From Sphyrna mokarran (Eukaryota), in NCBI GenBank assembly GCA_024679065.1, contig JAGIQG010000013.1, forward strand, positions 46,004,001-46,068,000: DNA of 64,000 nt, in the 5' to 3' direction. A model generated the notes under the pieces. It had not been told where the DNA came from. It worked only from the letters and a program-made list of their open reading frames with translations, and ran no database searches. Position numbers and translations under genes: made by a program. Of the stretch, positions 1 through 13,044 are shown one piece after another (positions within the stretch are counted from its first letter, which is position 1; every line of letters starts with the position of its first letter).

Positions 1-591
1 AGGGGGATTGAATTTCGGAGCCGCAATGTCATGTTGCAACTATACAAAACTCTAGTGTGGCCGCACTTGGAGTATTGTGTGCAGTTCTGGTCCCCACATT
101 ATAAGAAAGATGTGGAGGCATTGGAGAGGGTACAGAGGAGGTTTACCAGGATGTTGCCTGGTATGGAGGGCAGGTCTTATGAGGAGAGGCTGAGGGATTT
201 GAGGTTGTTTTCGTTAGAGAGGAGGCAGCTAAGAAGAGACCTTATCAAATCATATAAGATGATTAGAGGTTTAGATAGGGTGGACAGCGATAGCCTTTTT
301 CCTAGGATGGAGAAAGCTAGCACGAGGGGACACAGCTTTAAATTAAGGGGTGATAGTTATAGGACGGATATCAGAGGTAGGTTCTTTACCCAGAGGGTGG
401 TTAGGGAGTGGAATGCCCTGCCTGCAGCAGTTGTAGATGCGCCAAGTTTGGTGGCGTTTAAGAGGTTAGTTGATAAGTTTATGGAAGAGAAGGGAATGGT
501 TTAGTTTGGAGGGTCATTGCTTTTTTATAATGGTCGGCGCAACATCGAAGGCCGAAGGGCCTGTTCTGCGCTGTAATGTTCTATGTTCTAT
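1..591 (+). mobile_element. CR1 LINE 3' end (ORF2 C-terminus + 3' UTR), young copy, truncated by window edge
   Basis: Uninterrupted ORF to 504 with CR1 hallmarks LYKTLVWPHLEYCVQFWSP, LERVQRRFTRM, TRGHSFKL, FFTQRVVREWNALP. Ends in a (TGTTCTA)n tail; CpGs retained. Confidence 0.95.
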
Positions 592-1747
592 AATCAACCT
601 AGCCACCCACCTTAATTGAAAAAGGACTTGAAAATGGTCACATCATGATACAACCATACTTTGTTGGTTTTACAAGCAGACTCTTCTATAGAGAGGGTTC
701 CACCGAAAATACAGCACACCCATCCAAGCAGCCACGATTGCAAACAGCAGCATTTTGAAAGTGGGATGACTCCGCTCAACTTATTGCAACTTTGAGTTCA
801 ACTGAGAACTGAACTTCTGGAAATTTTCGGGGTCATTTAGGAATGATTGAAGACAGCTGTGGATTGGTGCAATTAATTGTTGAGGACTGATTGATTGAAG
901 GTGAAATACTTGTCCGAAACATGCCGTTAAAAATGACCATTTTGATTTACTAAGTCTAACTCATGCCAATCCAAAACCAAAATTACGAAAAGCTTCTCAA
1001 AGGTATGAAATTTAGAGCATTAATTAATTAATTTAATTAATTAAGCCTTCTTATTCAAAGCTAACATTTCACATTGATCCAATGTTATGAGTGAATTATT
1101 CCAAATTTTTTTTCTCAGGTAGAGTTTACATGCTAACTCCACATTTTATTCAAAGAGTAGTTCTGACAATTTTGTGATTTTACCAGAAAGGTAAAATTGA
1201 AAAATACAGAACCGTGACCCCTCCACATCTATCCAGTCCAACAAATCTCTATACTGTCTGAATATGGCTTCAAATGTAATCAAAATGGAAATGAGTCCAG
1301 GGGAAGATTATGACTCCTACCTTGCTCCAAATGACATTAATAACAGCAATAGAAGGAATAAAGTGATTGAAGCGCACTGTATAAAAATTGCTAGTTAGGA
1401 TCTAGAATTTGAAGCCAGAAATATATTTGAGTCAACATACTGCTAATTCAAAAAAAAATTCACAGGCTAAGAAGAAATGAAGCATAAATGTTTTTTTAAT
1501 CAACTGTGCATTTTCTAAATTATGGGAAATAAAGAGATGCTTTCTAAAGCTTTTAAAAATATTGCAAGGACAATACAATGGACATTAAAAATTAAAATGA
1601 AAACTGCAAATTAAACATCATGGTTGGGACTGTGCTGAGGTGGGGGGGGAGGGGGTGGGGTGGAAATGGAGATTAATTATTTCCAAGATCAAAACTACTG
1701 TAAGATTTGGTACATTGACTTCCGAAGTGCAAATGGAGGCTAAAGGG

Positions 1748-1793
1748 GTATGTGCATGTGTGTATGCATGTGCATACACATATGCATGTGCAT
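1748..1793. repeat. 46-nt perfect alternating purine-pyrimidine tract
   Basis: gtatgtgcatgtgtgtatgcatgtgcatacacatatgcatgtgcat read directly. Confidence 0.9.
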
Positions 1794-4044
1794 TGTAAGA
1801 TTTTGATAATTCTCAGAATTTTTAGAATCTGTCATATGTATAGATTTTATTCTATAACCATAGTTTAAAATTAAGTGGTTCAATTTTGACTTGTTGGGCA
1901 ATTATCAAGGAAACATTTGAATCTTGAGCTGAAGCTGTCTTAATGGCCAAGATACGATTTTAAATCATTTTGAAGGAATAGATCATTCAGCACGATATAC
2001 ACTTTAACAAACCACGCATTAACTTAATAGAGCTGTACCAGTGCGGAAACCTTTGTTCTTTGACACACCACAAAGTGGTCTTAATTGTTAATATTAAGAA
2101 CTTTAGTATGGGCTTGAGATAAGATATGTTGACAAGAGAATGTGACTATTCTCTCTATATTTGGAAACAAATGTGTACTTGTTTGTGATGAGATGTAAAC
2201 ATCTGAAGTTTAGAACCCATTAAGCAGGAATTGTTATAAAGGTAGGATGACACAATATGATTTGTGTCCTATGGCCAATAGGAGCAGAAAATAGGATTAT
2301 CTCCAAAAAAGGGAGGAGGAATCACTTTTCATGAATTGGTAACATCTGTCACATTCATCCTGCCTCTAGAATGATTGCTTGGAGACTGTAACACATCAGA
2401 AAGCTATACCAAGGTGCTGTTCTGTGGTGTTTTTAGTTTGTTTCTTACAGTAAAAGTCTTAAAATGTGCAATCTTGTCAAGTTGTCTTTTCAGCTATTAA
2501 CTGGAAGTTCAAATTTCTTTTTTTAAAAGCTATTACTCTCTCTGGAGATCATAACTTACCAGAGTTATAGCTACAAACATTTTGCTTGAAGGACTTAACA
2601 CAGGATTGAGATTTCTACAGACATCAGGGAAAAGCTCTCTTACTAACTGACGCAAGCATGGATCCAAATCCCAACTAATAGAACTGCTCCATTTACTCCA
2701 TTAACTTCAGCAGTTCCAATGCTCTATCCTCAAGGGCACTATCACCCAGGGAAGCTAAGCACTGCAATTTTTATTACAGCAAGCTTGGTTCAGTTGGAAT
2801 TGATCCAACTGCATTTCTGAACCTCAATAGGTTATAAATTTTTCTCTGCACCATTACAAAATGTCCCAAATTTTAAATCTTTTCTGCTAAATCCAACATT
2901 CATGCCTGAGGCCATGTGCTGTATTTTAAATCCAGCATTCATATCCCACAACATAGCTCTCTCTGCACTATTACCAGCCTAAGAATGAAAATGTTTCAGT
3001 TCTCAGATCACAGAGTTTCAGCTCCCTGACCACAAGTACATCATTTCTTGATCACAAATCATGACATGCATGCTTAAGCTTACTAACTGTATTTTCCAAC
3101 CAGTGATTACTTTTAACCAAATACTCATGCTTGCTAAACTTCCAAGAAAGGCCTTTAATTGTTTTTTTCTAACTGTGTCTATTATTACACATTATTTAGC
3201 ATTTGCATATGCGTTGAGAAAATTAGACAGTTATATTTATTTTTGCATTACTGTATTGATGATTGCAAAGTAAATAATCATTCCAAGTCAAAAGAGACTA
3301 GTTTGAGCCAAAAAAGCCAGATGAAGGTCATCTAAATATAACACATTGTGCACATGCATGTAATGGAGAGAAGTAAAGTTAAATGGTTCAGTTAAAAGAA
3401 TGCAATGCTATTTTCTACAGCGTATAATCAATTTTCCATAGTTTATTGGTTTCTGTTGTTTAGAAGTTATGGCTACAATTTCACCTCACTTTCAATAAAA
3501 GGCAAAGAGGTGGGAAGACTGGCAAAATGTCATAGGAAGGCACCAAAGGGCGTACCAGATGTCTCCTCATAGCCATACCATTTTGCTAGTTGCAAGAAAG
3601 GTGGATCACAATTCAGCCACTCAAGTGATCAATTAAGGGCCAAGTCCTGCATCCTCAGTCGGTTTGGAGTCTGTGGCCACATGCAGAGACTGCCAACAAT
3701 TCAGGCAGAGGCTCAGGCAGGAGGGCAGAAGTCCATGGCAATGCTGTCCCATTGGCAATGGAACCACCTGTATATCAAGATCACCTTCAGTTGCCAGGGC
3801 CTGCCAGCCTGCGTGGCCCCAGCTTCTCTCAAGTGTACTTATCCCTCTGTGAAAGGACCCTAGCCATTGATTTTTTTCTTTACAGCTGTAGCTCTGCACT
3901 GGCTATTGCTATCAATGATGCTGCTGAGTTTGCTGAGCTGTCAGTCCCTCTGATTGGACACTCAGCTCTTAGAGCCAGACCTTGATTACAATGATGGCTC
4001 CGGCTGTCACCACTTAATTGGCCACCCCCTAGGGCATTATGATT

Positions 4045-4176
4045 AATTGAATAGAAAAGCTATACAAGAAAAAAGGCAGGAAAATGGCACGAAGACATGA
4101 TGTTCGTTTGGAGAGCCATTGCAGACCAGATGGGCTAAATGATCTCCTCCTATGCTGTAACAATCCTGTGATTGTG
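4045..4176 (+). mobile_element. CR1 3' UTR fragment
   Basis: gatgggctaaatgatctcctcctatgctgtaacaatcctgtgatt resembles the CR1 terminal stem-loop/tail. Confidence 0.6.
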
Positions 4177-4689
4177 CCTCACTGACTTCCGCAGCAAGCT
4201 TAAATGGGGTTATCTCCTGCTTTTGAGCTGCAAGCTCTTCAATCTATAAAGCTCCAGACTATGAGTTCTGAATGCACAATGGGACAGAGAAATTTATCCA
4301 ATGCTATTAGCAATAAATTTATAACTATTGCTCTGAAAGCAGTACTAAGTTTAGAATCCGAATAAAGAAAATGTAAAAAATTATAATCAATAGCTTGTCT
4401 TTTTCACAATCTACAATGTCAGTTGGTAGCAAGAAGAACTGGAACTGATGATTGCCAAGTACTCAAGACACTGAGTGACCGCATGAGTCACATTGCAAGT
4501 TGTCGAAGAGCTATGTGATTGCATTGATTTTGATGAATTTTGCAAGCTGTGCCCAAAAGGCAAGAAATTTCTAGGCTACTGCAAATATTTCCAAAAATAA
4601 ATCCTACCTTCAATGAGAACAATTGGTGTAATTTGGATGCTGGAGTCTGGAGAGATTACACAAGTTCACATTCATGAAGTCCTGTGAAC

Positions 4690-5060
4690 ATGAAACAGTA
4701 TCCCGAGACACTTTGTAGTGGTCTAACCAGAAAAAAGTGAATTAAATCTGATGTTAGGAGTGTCGACAAAAAGTCTACTTACAGCAATGGCTTTTAAGCA
4801 AGGTTCTTAAAGAGGGAAAGAAGGTGGAAAAAACTGAGAAGTATTGACAAAATTACAAAGTGTCACACCCAGATGTCTGAAGGCAGCTTTCACTGATGAA
4901 GTAAAAAATTTGGGAGATAATATGAGACAGAGTTTAAGAAGTACATAGCTTTCATGGCGTGAAAAGGTGACAAATGCCAGATATGTGTTGGGGTCAGGTC
5001 ATCGGGGTGGAAAATTCAAATTTTAGGCATAGGGATCTGTGGGCCAATGGTGACTGGCAA
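4690..5060 (-). mobile_element. Old L2-like LINE 3' fragment
   Basis: Purine-rich segment (ttttaagcaaggttcttaaagagggaaagaaggtgg) similar to the fragments at 21900-22260 and 28000-28450. Confidence 0.45.
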
Positions 5061-5508
5061 GGTTAGTCCTCTTTTTTGAGGACTTTATCTGATTTAGCAA
5101 TTCTGTTTCTGAACTTACTGTAATACACTTAAGGTTTATCTATCTCTACATCCAAATATCTCCCACTTGTCTCAAATTTTAGTTCTTTATCTACCTTTTA
5201 GATATTGGGTGGAATCTCCCCTCCCCCAAAAAGAAATTGGGGCAGAATGTAATTTTCCAATCCCGCTACAGTGAACAAAGATTTGACTGTGCACCAGATT
5301 TTCTGGCTGTGCTGTAGCGGGAGCAAGGCATGAACGGCTGGTATGGTTGCATCCTAAGTGACCTAATAACGAGAAAATCAGAGCAAAACACATTGGTCCA
5401 TAAGGTGTGGTCTGAACTCCCACACCATATCTGTGATCACCCCATAATCTATTACTCTGTATATGTTTGAGGTGCAAAAAATTTGCTACATCATTGTTAT
5501 AATGGATT

Positions 5509-6225
5509 CCCCAACATAAGCCTCGGGACATGTTTTCCTGCAACGTATCAGGTAGACAACGTTGGCCGAATTGCACGAGTATGTACCGTGTCCTCACATG
5601 AAATGATGGCATCCTTATCAATGATCCGGCATGTCTTACAAAGGTTGCTGTGCGAGGGTTGTGTGGTGTCGTGGTCATTGTTCAGGAGAATTCATATGAG
5701 ATCACCATGTCCCGAGGCTTGGTACGTTGGGAAGACCATGCAGACATTATGACAATGGATGAATGAACACCGTTCGACAATCACCAGGCAAGATTGTTCT
5801 CTTCCTGTTGGGGAACACTTTAGCGGTCACGGGCATTCGGCCTCTGATCTTCAGGTAAGCGTTCTCCAAGGTGGCCTTCAGGACACACGACAGCGCAGAG
5901 CCGCTGAGCAGAAACTGATAGCCAAGTTCCGCACACATGAAAATGGCCTCAACCAGGATCTTGAGTTCATGTCGTACTATCTGTAACCCCCACAACTTGC
6001 CTGGACTTGCAAAATCTCACTAACTGTCCTGTCTGGAAACAATATACATCTCTTTAATCTGTGCTTAAAGCTCTTTCTACTCACATTGTCTGTATCTTTA
6101 CGAATTGATTAGCTGTAAAGACTCACATTCCAATCATTATGTATGCAAATTGAGTTTGTGTCTTTGTGTCATTTTTATGACCAGAACTCCCAGCCACCTG
6201 ACGAAGGGACAGTCCGATCCTGGCA
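5509..6225 (+). mobile_element. Penelope-like element 3' part (GIY-YIG endonuclease) with inverted 5' segment
   Basis: CPEAWYVGKTMQTL*..MNEHRSTITRQDCSLPVGEHFSGHGH..EQKLIAKFRTHENGLN. Paralogous to 52340-53240; 5509-5690 is the reverse complement of the upstream part of that paralog. Confidence 0.9.
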
Positions 6226-7215
6226 TCTCCACATCATGAAAGGTAACGTCAGAGATTGGGATTTTGAAAGGAGCCCTCTCCAGTTGGCATGGAGACAAAT
6301 TATATGTCCAATTAAGGACAGCGACCAGGCTGGTGAACTGATGAGCCAATCGGAGGCTTCCAACTTGAAAGGAGCAGTACTGACAGTGGATCAACTGAGA
6401 GCTTCCTCCAACATGCAGATGTCCTGTCAGGAACCTCTTTCAATCTGGAACTAGATAGATGCAGCAGCCTGTCACTATTATAATGATGATGTAGCAAAGT
6501 TGCTGGTGAGGAAACCCTCTTTTGGGGCCTGTGCCTTGCATGTAGGCAGGTGGAGAAGCTCTCTGGGCTTGCCTGGAATGGTGGCTCCACCATGCCATCA
6601 GACACCCACCTCTAGACACTTGAGAGAAACTGCAGTGTCAGGAGGCAAGTTTAATTTAACATTTTTGTGTAAATAAAAGTAAAACTCCAGTTAGATTCAC
6701 CTTAAGCTGTTTGTTTGTATGGGATATCGGGTTTCAGTTTAAATTGCACCTGTATTTTGCTTAAGAACATTTATGAAGTAAAAAGAAACATGAGCTTGCA
6801 GAAAACATGAGCTGTTGCTTAGCAACCAAAAGTCACTTTTTAGGTTAGGTCCTGTTTGCATTTAGTTTTAAATTGAATCTATAGCAGTTGGAACTGGGAA
6901 GCTAGTGAGAGAACAGCTCTTGTCAGCTCTATACAAAAAAGGCCATATCTGGAGTAATGAGTGAGAAAGCAATTTCAGAAGCTAAAAGAAAATTAATTCT
7001 CAAAACTTGAGAATAAAGAGAAATTTCCAAGAAGATGAAAATAAGAAAGTAAAAAAGGAATGGAATGGGTCCCGTTAAAAATTAAATTCAGACCTGAAAA
7101 CAGCAGACTGGAAGTAAGTGACAAAAGAAAAACTAGATTTCTAAAGCAATTGTAAGGTTGTTGACCTTATTTCAAATCTTTGGAATAACAGCATCATCTG
7201 GAGATTGAACCTCTT

Positions 7216-7961
7216 GAGTGGGATTCTCCCAAAAAAATTCCAAGTGTCAAATTCACATAAAAACTGGAGTAAATCCTGTTTTTTTTTCAGCGATGTGACC
7301 AGCAGGATCTGTCAGCAGTAAGATTGGTGCATGCACAGTCACCCACGCTGCTGGCCTCCCAATCACTGGACAGTCCCATGACTTCCACATCGCTGACCCT
7401 CCAACCCCCACCATGGCCCAATAGCTGGACCGCCCCCCCCTCCCCCTCTCCCTCTCAAGACATGCCTGGGCCAACCTCATTCCCCTCCCCCAACACCTGG
7501 TTTATCTCGATCCCTGTCCCTCGCAGCCCCAATACTTCCCCCCAACCTGCAGCCCCAACCCGAATGCCCCCTGGGCTTTGCCACTTTGCCCTTTAGGAAG
7601 TGCTCAAGGGCCAGGCTGGCACTGCCAAGCTGGCAATGCCCAAGTGGCAATTCCCATGACTCCAGCCACCAGCGCCCAACAAGTGGGGAGTTATTGTAAA
7701 TCCTGCTGGAGTGAAACATTCCTGCTGGAAAGGGCAGGTGGTGAGGAGACTCTTGAGAGCCAGAGACATCAATACCAGGCCCACTAATTTCATACAAATC
7801 ATCATTTAAATAAATTATACAGCTCTGCGCCGATTTCTGGCACAGGGCTGACAGCGCCAGTAATCCAGCGGTCAGAGGCTGTGGCACTGAGCAGGATGTC
7901 TGCTGAATGGCCTCCACTTGAGCCTCCTTAAAGCAGCACAGCAAGTTCAAGAATCACTCCC
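7216..7961. mobile_element. GC-rich non-autonomous DNA transposon (MITE, Harbinger-like)
   Basis: Termini gagtgggattctccc ... agaatcactccc; internal similarity to 24517-25499. Confidence 0.7.
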
Positions 7962-7997
7962 ATTGTCTGAAAAACTTGAATGCGCGTCTATTCCAGA

Positions 7998-8120
7998 TGT
8001 GGAGATGCCTGCATTGGATTGGGGTGGGCGCAGTAAGAAGTTTCAAAACACCAGGTTGAAATCCAGCAAGCTTATTTGGAACCATGAGCTTTTGGAGCAC
8101 TACTTTTCCATCAGGTGAGT
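7998..8120 (-). mobile_element. Solo Penelope terminal fragment with decayed hammerhead motif
   Basis: Minus strand cacctgatggaaaagtagtgctccaaaagctcatg...aataagcttgctggatttcaacctggtg, homologous to 53146-53240 and 44447-44610. Confidence 0.75.
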
Positions 8121-9899
8121 GACCTCAATGTCAGACGCTGGTCATGAGTCTCATTAAAGAACCTCCGCTGATGGCTTCCAGCTCACTGCATTTCTCAAGC
8201 AGTGCAGCAGGCGGAGAGAATTCTGCTTCATGTTTAATAAAAGTTTTTCTGTTGTTGCCAAAAGCTAATTCATCCACATTTTCTAAGAACAAGAAGAAGT
8301 TACAAACTTTTGAGCCAGAGTTCTATTCTGAGACCTTCCCATCCAGTATAACACCAATTGGAATTGTAACAAGAAACCAACTGGAAAGTCCTGCCAACTC
8401 AGAACCTGCTTCCACCAAAGTAGCTAGTACCAGGAACAGAGTCAGGAAACTGAAAGGTTGGCTTGGTGTTGGTATTTTCCAGCCCTGGTCTCTCTGCTGC
8501 TGCCCAACATTTCAATATACTTCTCAATGTTCATAGAATTTGACTTGCCTGAACCTAGACCTATTTTAAAATAGCAGAACATGTTCATGTAACAGATTAA
8601 TATTTACCAGTATTAATGCTAATTTATTCTGAAATGCATTTTAAGATTTGTTGAAATGCTGTGAAAGCACAATGAGTTTTATATTTTTTGAGATTGGCAG
8701 CAAAAGAATCTAGATTAGTAATAAGTTTAAAGAACCTAATTAAAAATAAATGTTCTTCTTAATCAAAAAGTAAAGCAAACAAAGTTCATTAAAATGCAGT
8801 AATCACAAACATTAATCATAAATAAGTTACAGATACTGCAGATTTTGATGACTTGTAGAGATATTTCTTTAATTATTTGAAATTCTACAGGATTGGTTTC
8901 CTGTTGCGTTGATGTATTTTAAACAGCCTTGATCTCCTCTTCCCAAATCACTTCCTCTGAAATTCAGAAAGTCAGTGATGATATATATATATATTGTCTG
9001 CTTAATTTTATGCAGTGCCATTGAACAGAGAAACACAAAAGGGTGTTTGTGACTTTTACTTCCATTTCTGCGTACAACTACCCAAAATCCTGGTGAGACA
9101 CCCATTTTCCAAACAAAATAACACAGTCAACTTGGGTCTACTCCCAGAGGAACAAATTTAATCCAAGTCAGCGAGGGACTATTGAAAAGAAATGATGAAG
9201 TTGGAGAGAACTGGGGAAAAAAAATCACATACTGTGCCAATGATATAATTTCAAAGCACAGGCGTCTTGAGTAATGGTTCAGCTTCATTTCCTACATTTT
9301 CTATTATCACCTGAACTCTTTGCTAGTGTTATAACTTGGAAATATTTCACGCATATTAATCTCTAAAAGTTGATGCAGAAATAAAAGTACAGTTGTTTAA
9401 TATTCAAATAGTGTCATTCTTTTATTACATGTAACAGTGGCATATCATGTTTTCATAGTCCTGGGTATAATTTAAATAATCACTCAGTTTAATAGCAAGT
9501 CTAAATTCATCATTAGATAATTGTTTGCATTCATTGTGTTGTCTGGATGTATTTCCAAGCTTGTTGCTCTGGCTACATTGAGCTTTTTGACACACAAGTT
9601 GATCAATGACAATCATGAAAACATCAGCTCTGCACAATTTGTTTCTGGTTCCAAAAAATGTAGACAATCAAATCTTAAAACAAAATAGCTTTGGTGAAAT
9701 GCTTTCTTTCCTAAAGGACTGGTTCCCTTCTGAAGAATGCTGGTATAAATCACAACACGAGTATGGCTAAAAGTGATGACACATCATACAAGTAACCCAA
9801 CTACAAGCATCTTTATTATTGTTACAGAAGGGGACTGCAACAAGATGTATTTTAGAAAATGAGTGTTTTAACTCCTTGACAGCAGTGGCCTTAAACCAT

Positions 9900-10209
9900 A
9901 GACAATGTGGTGACATAATGGTAAGCACTGCTGCCTCACAGTGTTAGGGACCCGAGTTTGATGTCAGCCATAGGTGACTGTGTGGATTTTGTACACTCCC
10001 ACCTGGGTTTCCTCTGGGTGTTTTGGTTTCCTCCCACAGTCCAAAAATGTGCAGAGTAGGTGGATTGGCCATACTGATTTCCCCTTAGTGTTCCAAAATG
10101 AGTAAGTGAGGAGGATTAGCGAGATAAATATGTGAGGTTACAGGGATATGGCCTGGGTGGGAATACTCAATTGGCTGAATGATCCCCTTCTGCACTGTAG
10201 GAATTCTTT
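9900..10209 (+). mobile_element. HE1-type tRNA-derived SINE
   Basis: Head ggtaagcactgctgcctcacag, core gggtttcctctgggtg..ggtttcctcccacagtcc, CR1-like tail tctgcactgtaggaattct. Confidence 0.9.
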
Positions 10210-10536
10210 GACATAAAACAGGTTTTCATATGTTTAACTCAAAACGAAACATACACATTTATTTATCAGATCATTGGAAATATAATTGAAGAATATAAGT
10301 TCTCTCATATTCACACGGACAAGAAAAGATGATTTCTAAAAATGTAATATGCACTTAAAGTGCTTAAAGGATATAATAAACATGTCAACTTCTTTAAATA
10401 GTCTTTGGGATAATGGTTGAAACATTGCAGGTTTGAAAAATTCTCTCTAAGCTCGCTAAAAAGAATGAAGGTTGGAACTTTCAGATTTTTTCTGACAAAA
10501 CTGCAGTCGGGTTCCTGAGGTAACAATGTGTAATTT

Positions 10537-10875
10537 TGTAGGTAGAACGAATGACTATCACTTCACTGCTGAGGTGACTTTCTCTTCAAGGCAGGGACCA
10601 ATCTTGTGCTGATCAAAAGATGACTTTCCTCTAGTCTCCATAATCTAGTCTGATTCATTGGGCTTCCCTTATGGATGAATAAGATATTGGCTATCTCAAA
10701 ACTAATTACAGTCATGTGACAGCAACATTGATGTATTCCATTGCCACACAATAGGTTATAAGAGATGTAATTGACATATAATGGAGAAGGGATGATAGAT
10801 ACATCAACATTCTAGCAATGAATACATTCCTGTTTTATTTGAAATCTCATCTTCGTGGGGCCAGCAAGTCTAACA
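10537..10875 (-). mobile_element. Solo LTR-like repeat (copy 1)
   Basis: Collinear homology to 14282-14613; both begin TGTTAGA on the minus strand. Confidence 0.55.
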
Positions 10876-10881
10876 GCCATT

Positions 10882-11750
10882 GACTGGAATTCTCCAATGT
10901 CCACTACTGCTGGCAGTGACAATGGAGAATTTGATGTTTGGCCAAATTGCCAATCACAGCAGCAGGGCCAGAGAATCTTAATTGTGGATAAAGTCAGAGA
11001 ATCTTCAACATCGTTACTCTAACTGAAACGGTGAAGGTGACAATCCAATGGCGTTTAAAGTATCTTCCTCACTTGTGTGGAGCTGAAGCCCGACCCCACT
11101 GGAGCAGAAGGGGACAATCAAGGGTTTCCCACAAGGTTGGGTGCTGGAAGTGCTCCTGGGAATTGGCATCTTGGCAATGCCAGCCAGGCCTCCATGGACT
11201 GCACAAGGGGCAAAGTGCCAAAGCTCGGAGGGCACATCGACACTGCTCACTGGGCATGGGACAGTGCCAAGGCCTGAGAGGATGGAGCTTGTTGGGGTGA
11301 TTGGTGGGGGCGAGGGATTTGGTTGCCTCTCTGCAGTTGAGATTGGTGGAAAAGTCAAACTGCTGGGGGGATGTTGAAGCTGGCAGGGTGGTTGGCACTG
11401 CGGGAGTGGTCAGCACTGTGAGTTGGGTGAGTGGTGGATTGGGAGGAAGTGCTGGGATTTGGGACTGACTGGGGTAATGGGAGGTTCAGGACTGGACCCA
11501 GTGGCGGGGAGCAGTTGTAAACCCCATTGGTTGGAACCTCTCCCGGCAGGGTGAGTGAGGTGGATGAGACACTCGTGGGCACAGAGAATCCTGTTCCAAG
11601 CTTGCTAATTATATGGAAATTACATAATATAGCCTAAGAGACTTGAGATCGGCAAAATGCCGGTCACTAGTCCTGCTACAAGCTGCCTGCTGATGTCTCC
11701 CAGCCTGCTGTGCTATTTGAAAAGTGCAGCAGGTTGAGAGAATCCTGGCC
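10882..11750. mobile_element. GC-rich MITE (Harbinger-like)
   Basis: Termini gactggaattctcc ... gagaatcctggcc form an imperfect TIR; shared ggcantgcc internal motifs. Confidence 0.65.
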
Positions 11751-12389
11751 ATGATTTTTTGTGTATTTGCTGCTTCATGGAGCATGGAGATTTACACATT
11801 GGCTTTCAGCTTGCCGTTTCTGCTCTTGTTATGCAAATTACAGTTGTTGCAAACTGTAACTGCTTCTGTTTGTAATATTGCCTGAAAAGACTTTAATCAT
11901 TCAACAACTATCTCTACAGCCCTTGGTTTAAGGCAAGTTGGTCATGTGGAATTCAAAGGTAAACATCATGTTTCAGACTGTCTTTCCACACTTGTAATGA
12001 ACCTAAGCTTTCTGCTTCCTCCTGCACTTCATTCTTATTGAATTTTAAGGTCATGTTGCTGGGTTCAAATTGCCTAAAATCTAGAACATGCAAATGCTGC
12101 TGGTTTGAATCTTAATTTTTAGCCCTCCTGTGGGTTTGGATTTTCCTGCACCATCATCTGTATATTATGTATTTCTGGAAGAGGTACTTCCCCAGTGTGT
12201 CACATGTCATTTGGGGCTTTACTAGCTTCAGGTTTGTATTCAGATTCCACTCCACCTACTGTGACACTTCAACTACATGAGGCATATTCCTTTATTTCTG
12301 CTTGATAACCTGGGAATTATTTTCATTGTTATTTAAGTTTTTTTAAAAAACTGGTATCTGTTAATAAACACACTAATAGTACATTTCTG

Positions 12390-12830
12390 ACAGTTGTTAT
12401 TTTAATTTCAATACTTTTCCCCATTTCTGTCCTTCATCAGCGTGTATAGATTCTGGTGGTTTTGTCTCCACCTGTTGGATTCTTGCAAATGTTTCCTCAA
12501 ACATTTGTGCCACTGCAGCATTTTTCTTTTGAACATCTCCAGTATGTACAGTCTTGATAAACTGTTTAGGAATTTGGGTGGATAATATCTGTGATTTGGC
12601 TAGATCATTATCTAATAAAAGATCAACACCTTGTATGAGTAAGCTTGAAATCATCCCAACTTGCCCTCTAACCAAGTTCTCTGTAGGTATACGTTAAACA
12701 AGGGAACCTTGAAACATTCACCATTAAATTCCTTAGCCAGCACGATTTCACCTTTTCTGCTTTCAGGCACATTTCCAATGCTTCAAGTTTTGTGCAACCA
12801 GCATCTTAGAGAATGCTCACTTATTTCTGT
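12390..12830 (-). mobile_element. Gypsy LTR retrotransposon aspartic protease remnant
   Basis: Minus-strand VSIL*DAGCT (degenerate ILRDTG) ... VPLFNVYLQ / NLVRGQVGMISSLLIQGVDLLLDNDLA, matching the fish Gypsy GVDLLLGNDLA motif; contains a stop and a frameshift. Confidence 0.85.
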
Positions 12831-13044
12831 GGACTCTTAGAAAAGTTAAAGGTTATCTTCCATCAGACATTTAAAGGCACAATTTCAGAAGGCAGTTAAA
12901 AATCAACAGTGTTGGGGATCTGGTCACATGTAGGCTAGACTAGACAAGGATGGGAGATTTCCCTCACTAAAGAGCACTGGTGGATTTTTTTTTTATGACA
13001 ATTAACATTCATTTCCTGGTCATTATATCTGAAACTAGTTTTTC

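Noticed and set aside
1119-1190. Plus-strand AG...GT bounded 72-nt exon candidate
   Set aside because: Stop codons in all frames; no other support.
9421-9673. Possible minus-strand terminal exon (acceptor at 9674, AATAAA at 9421-9426)
   Set aside because: All frames from the acceptor stop within 20 codons and there is no recognisable homology; such signals are common in AT-rich DNA.
10573-10615. Plus-strand GDFLFKAGTNLVL (and DDFYFKTESKLVL at ~14317) resembling antigen-receptor J segments
   Set aside because: No FGxG, no recombination signal heptamer/nonamer and no donor site; both lie inside the same LTR-like repeat.
12397-12680. Exon-like 92-aa ORF with an apparent acceptor (cctacag), suggesting a host gene
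   Set aside because: The translation continues upstream into VPLFNVYL and a degenerate ILRDTG motif, and GVDLLLDNDLA is the Gypsy protease signature.
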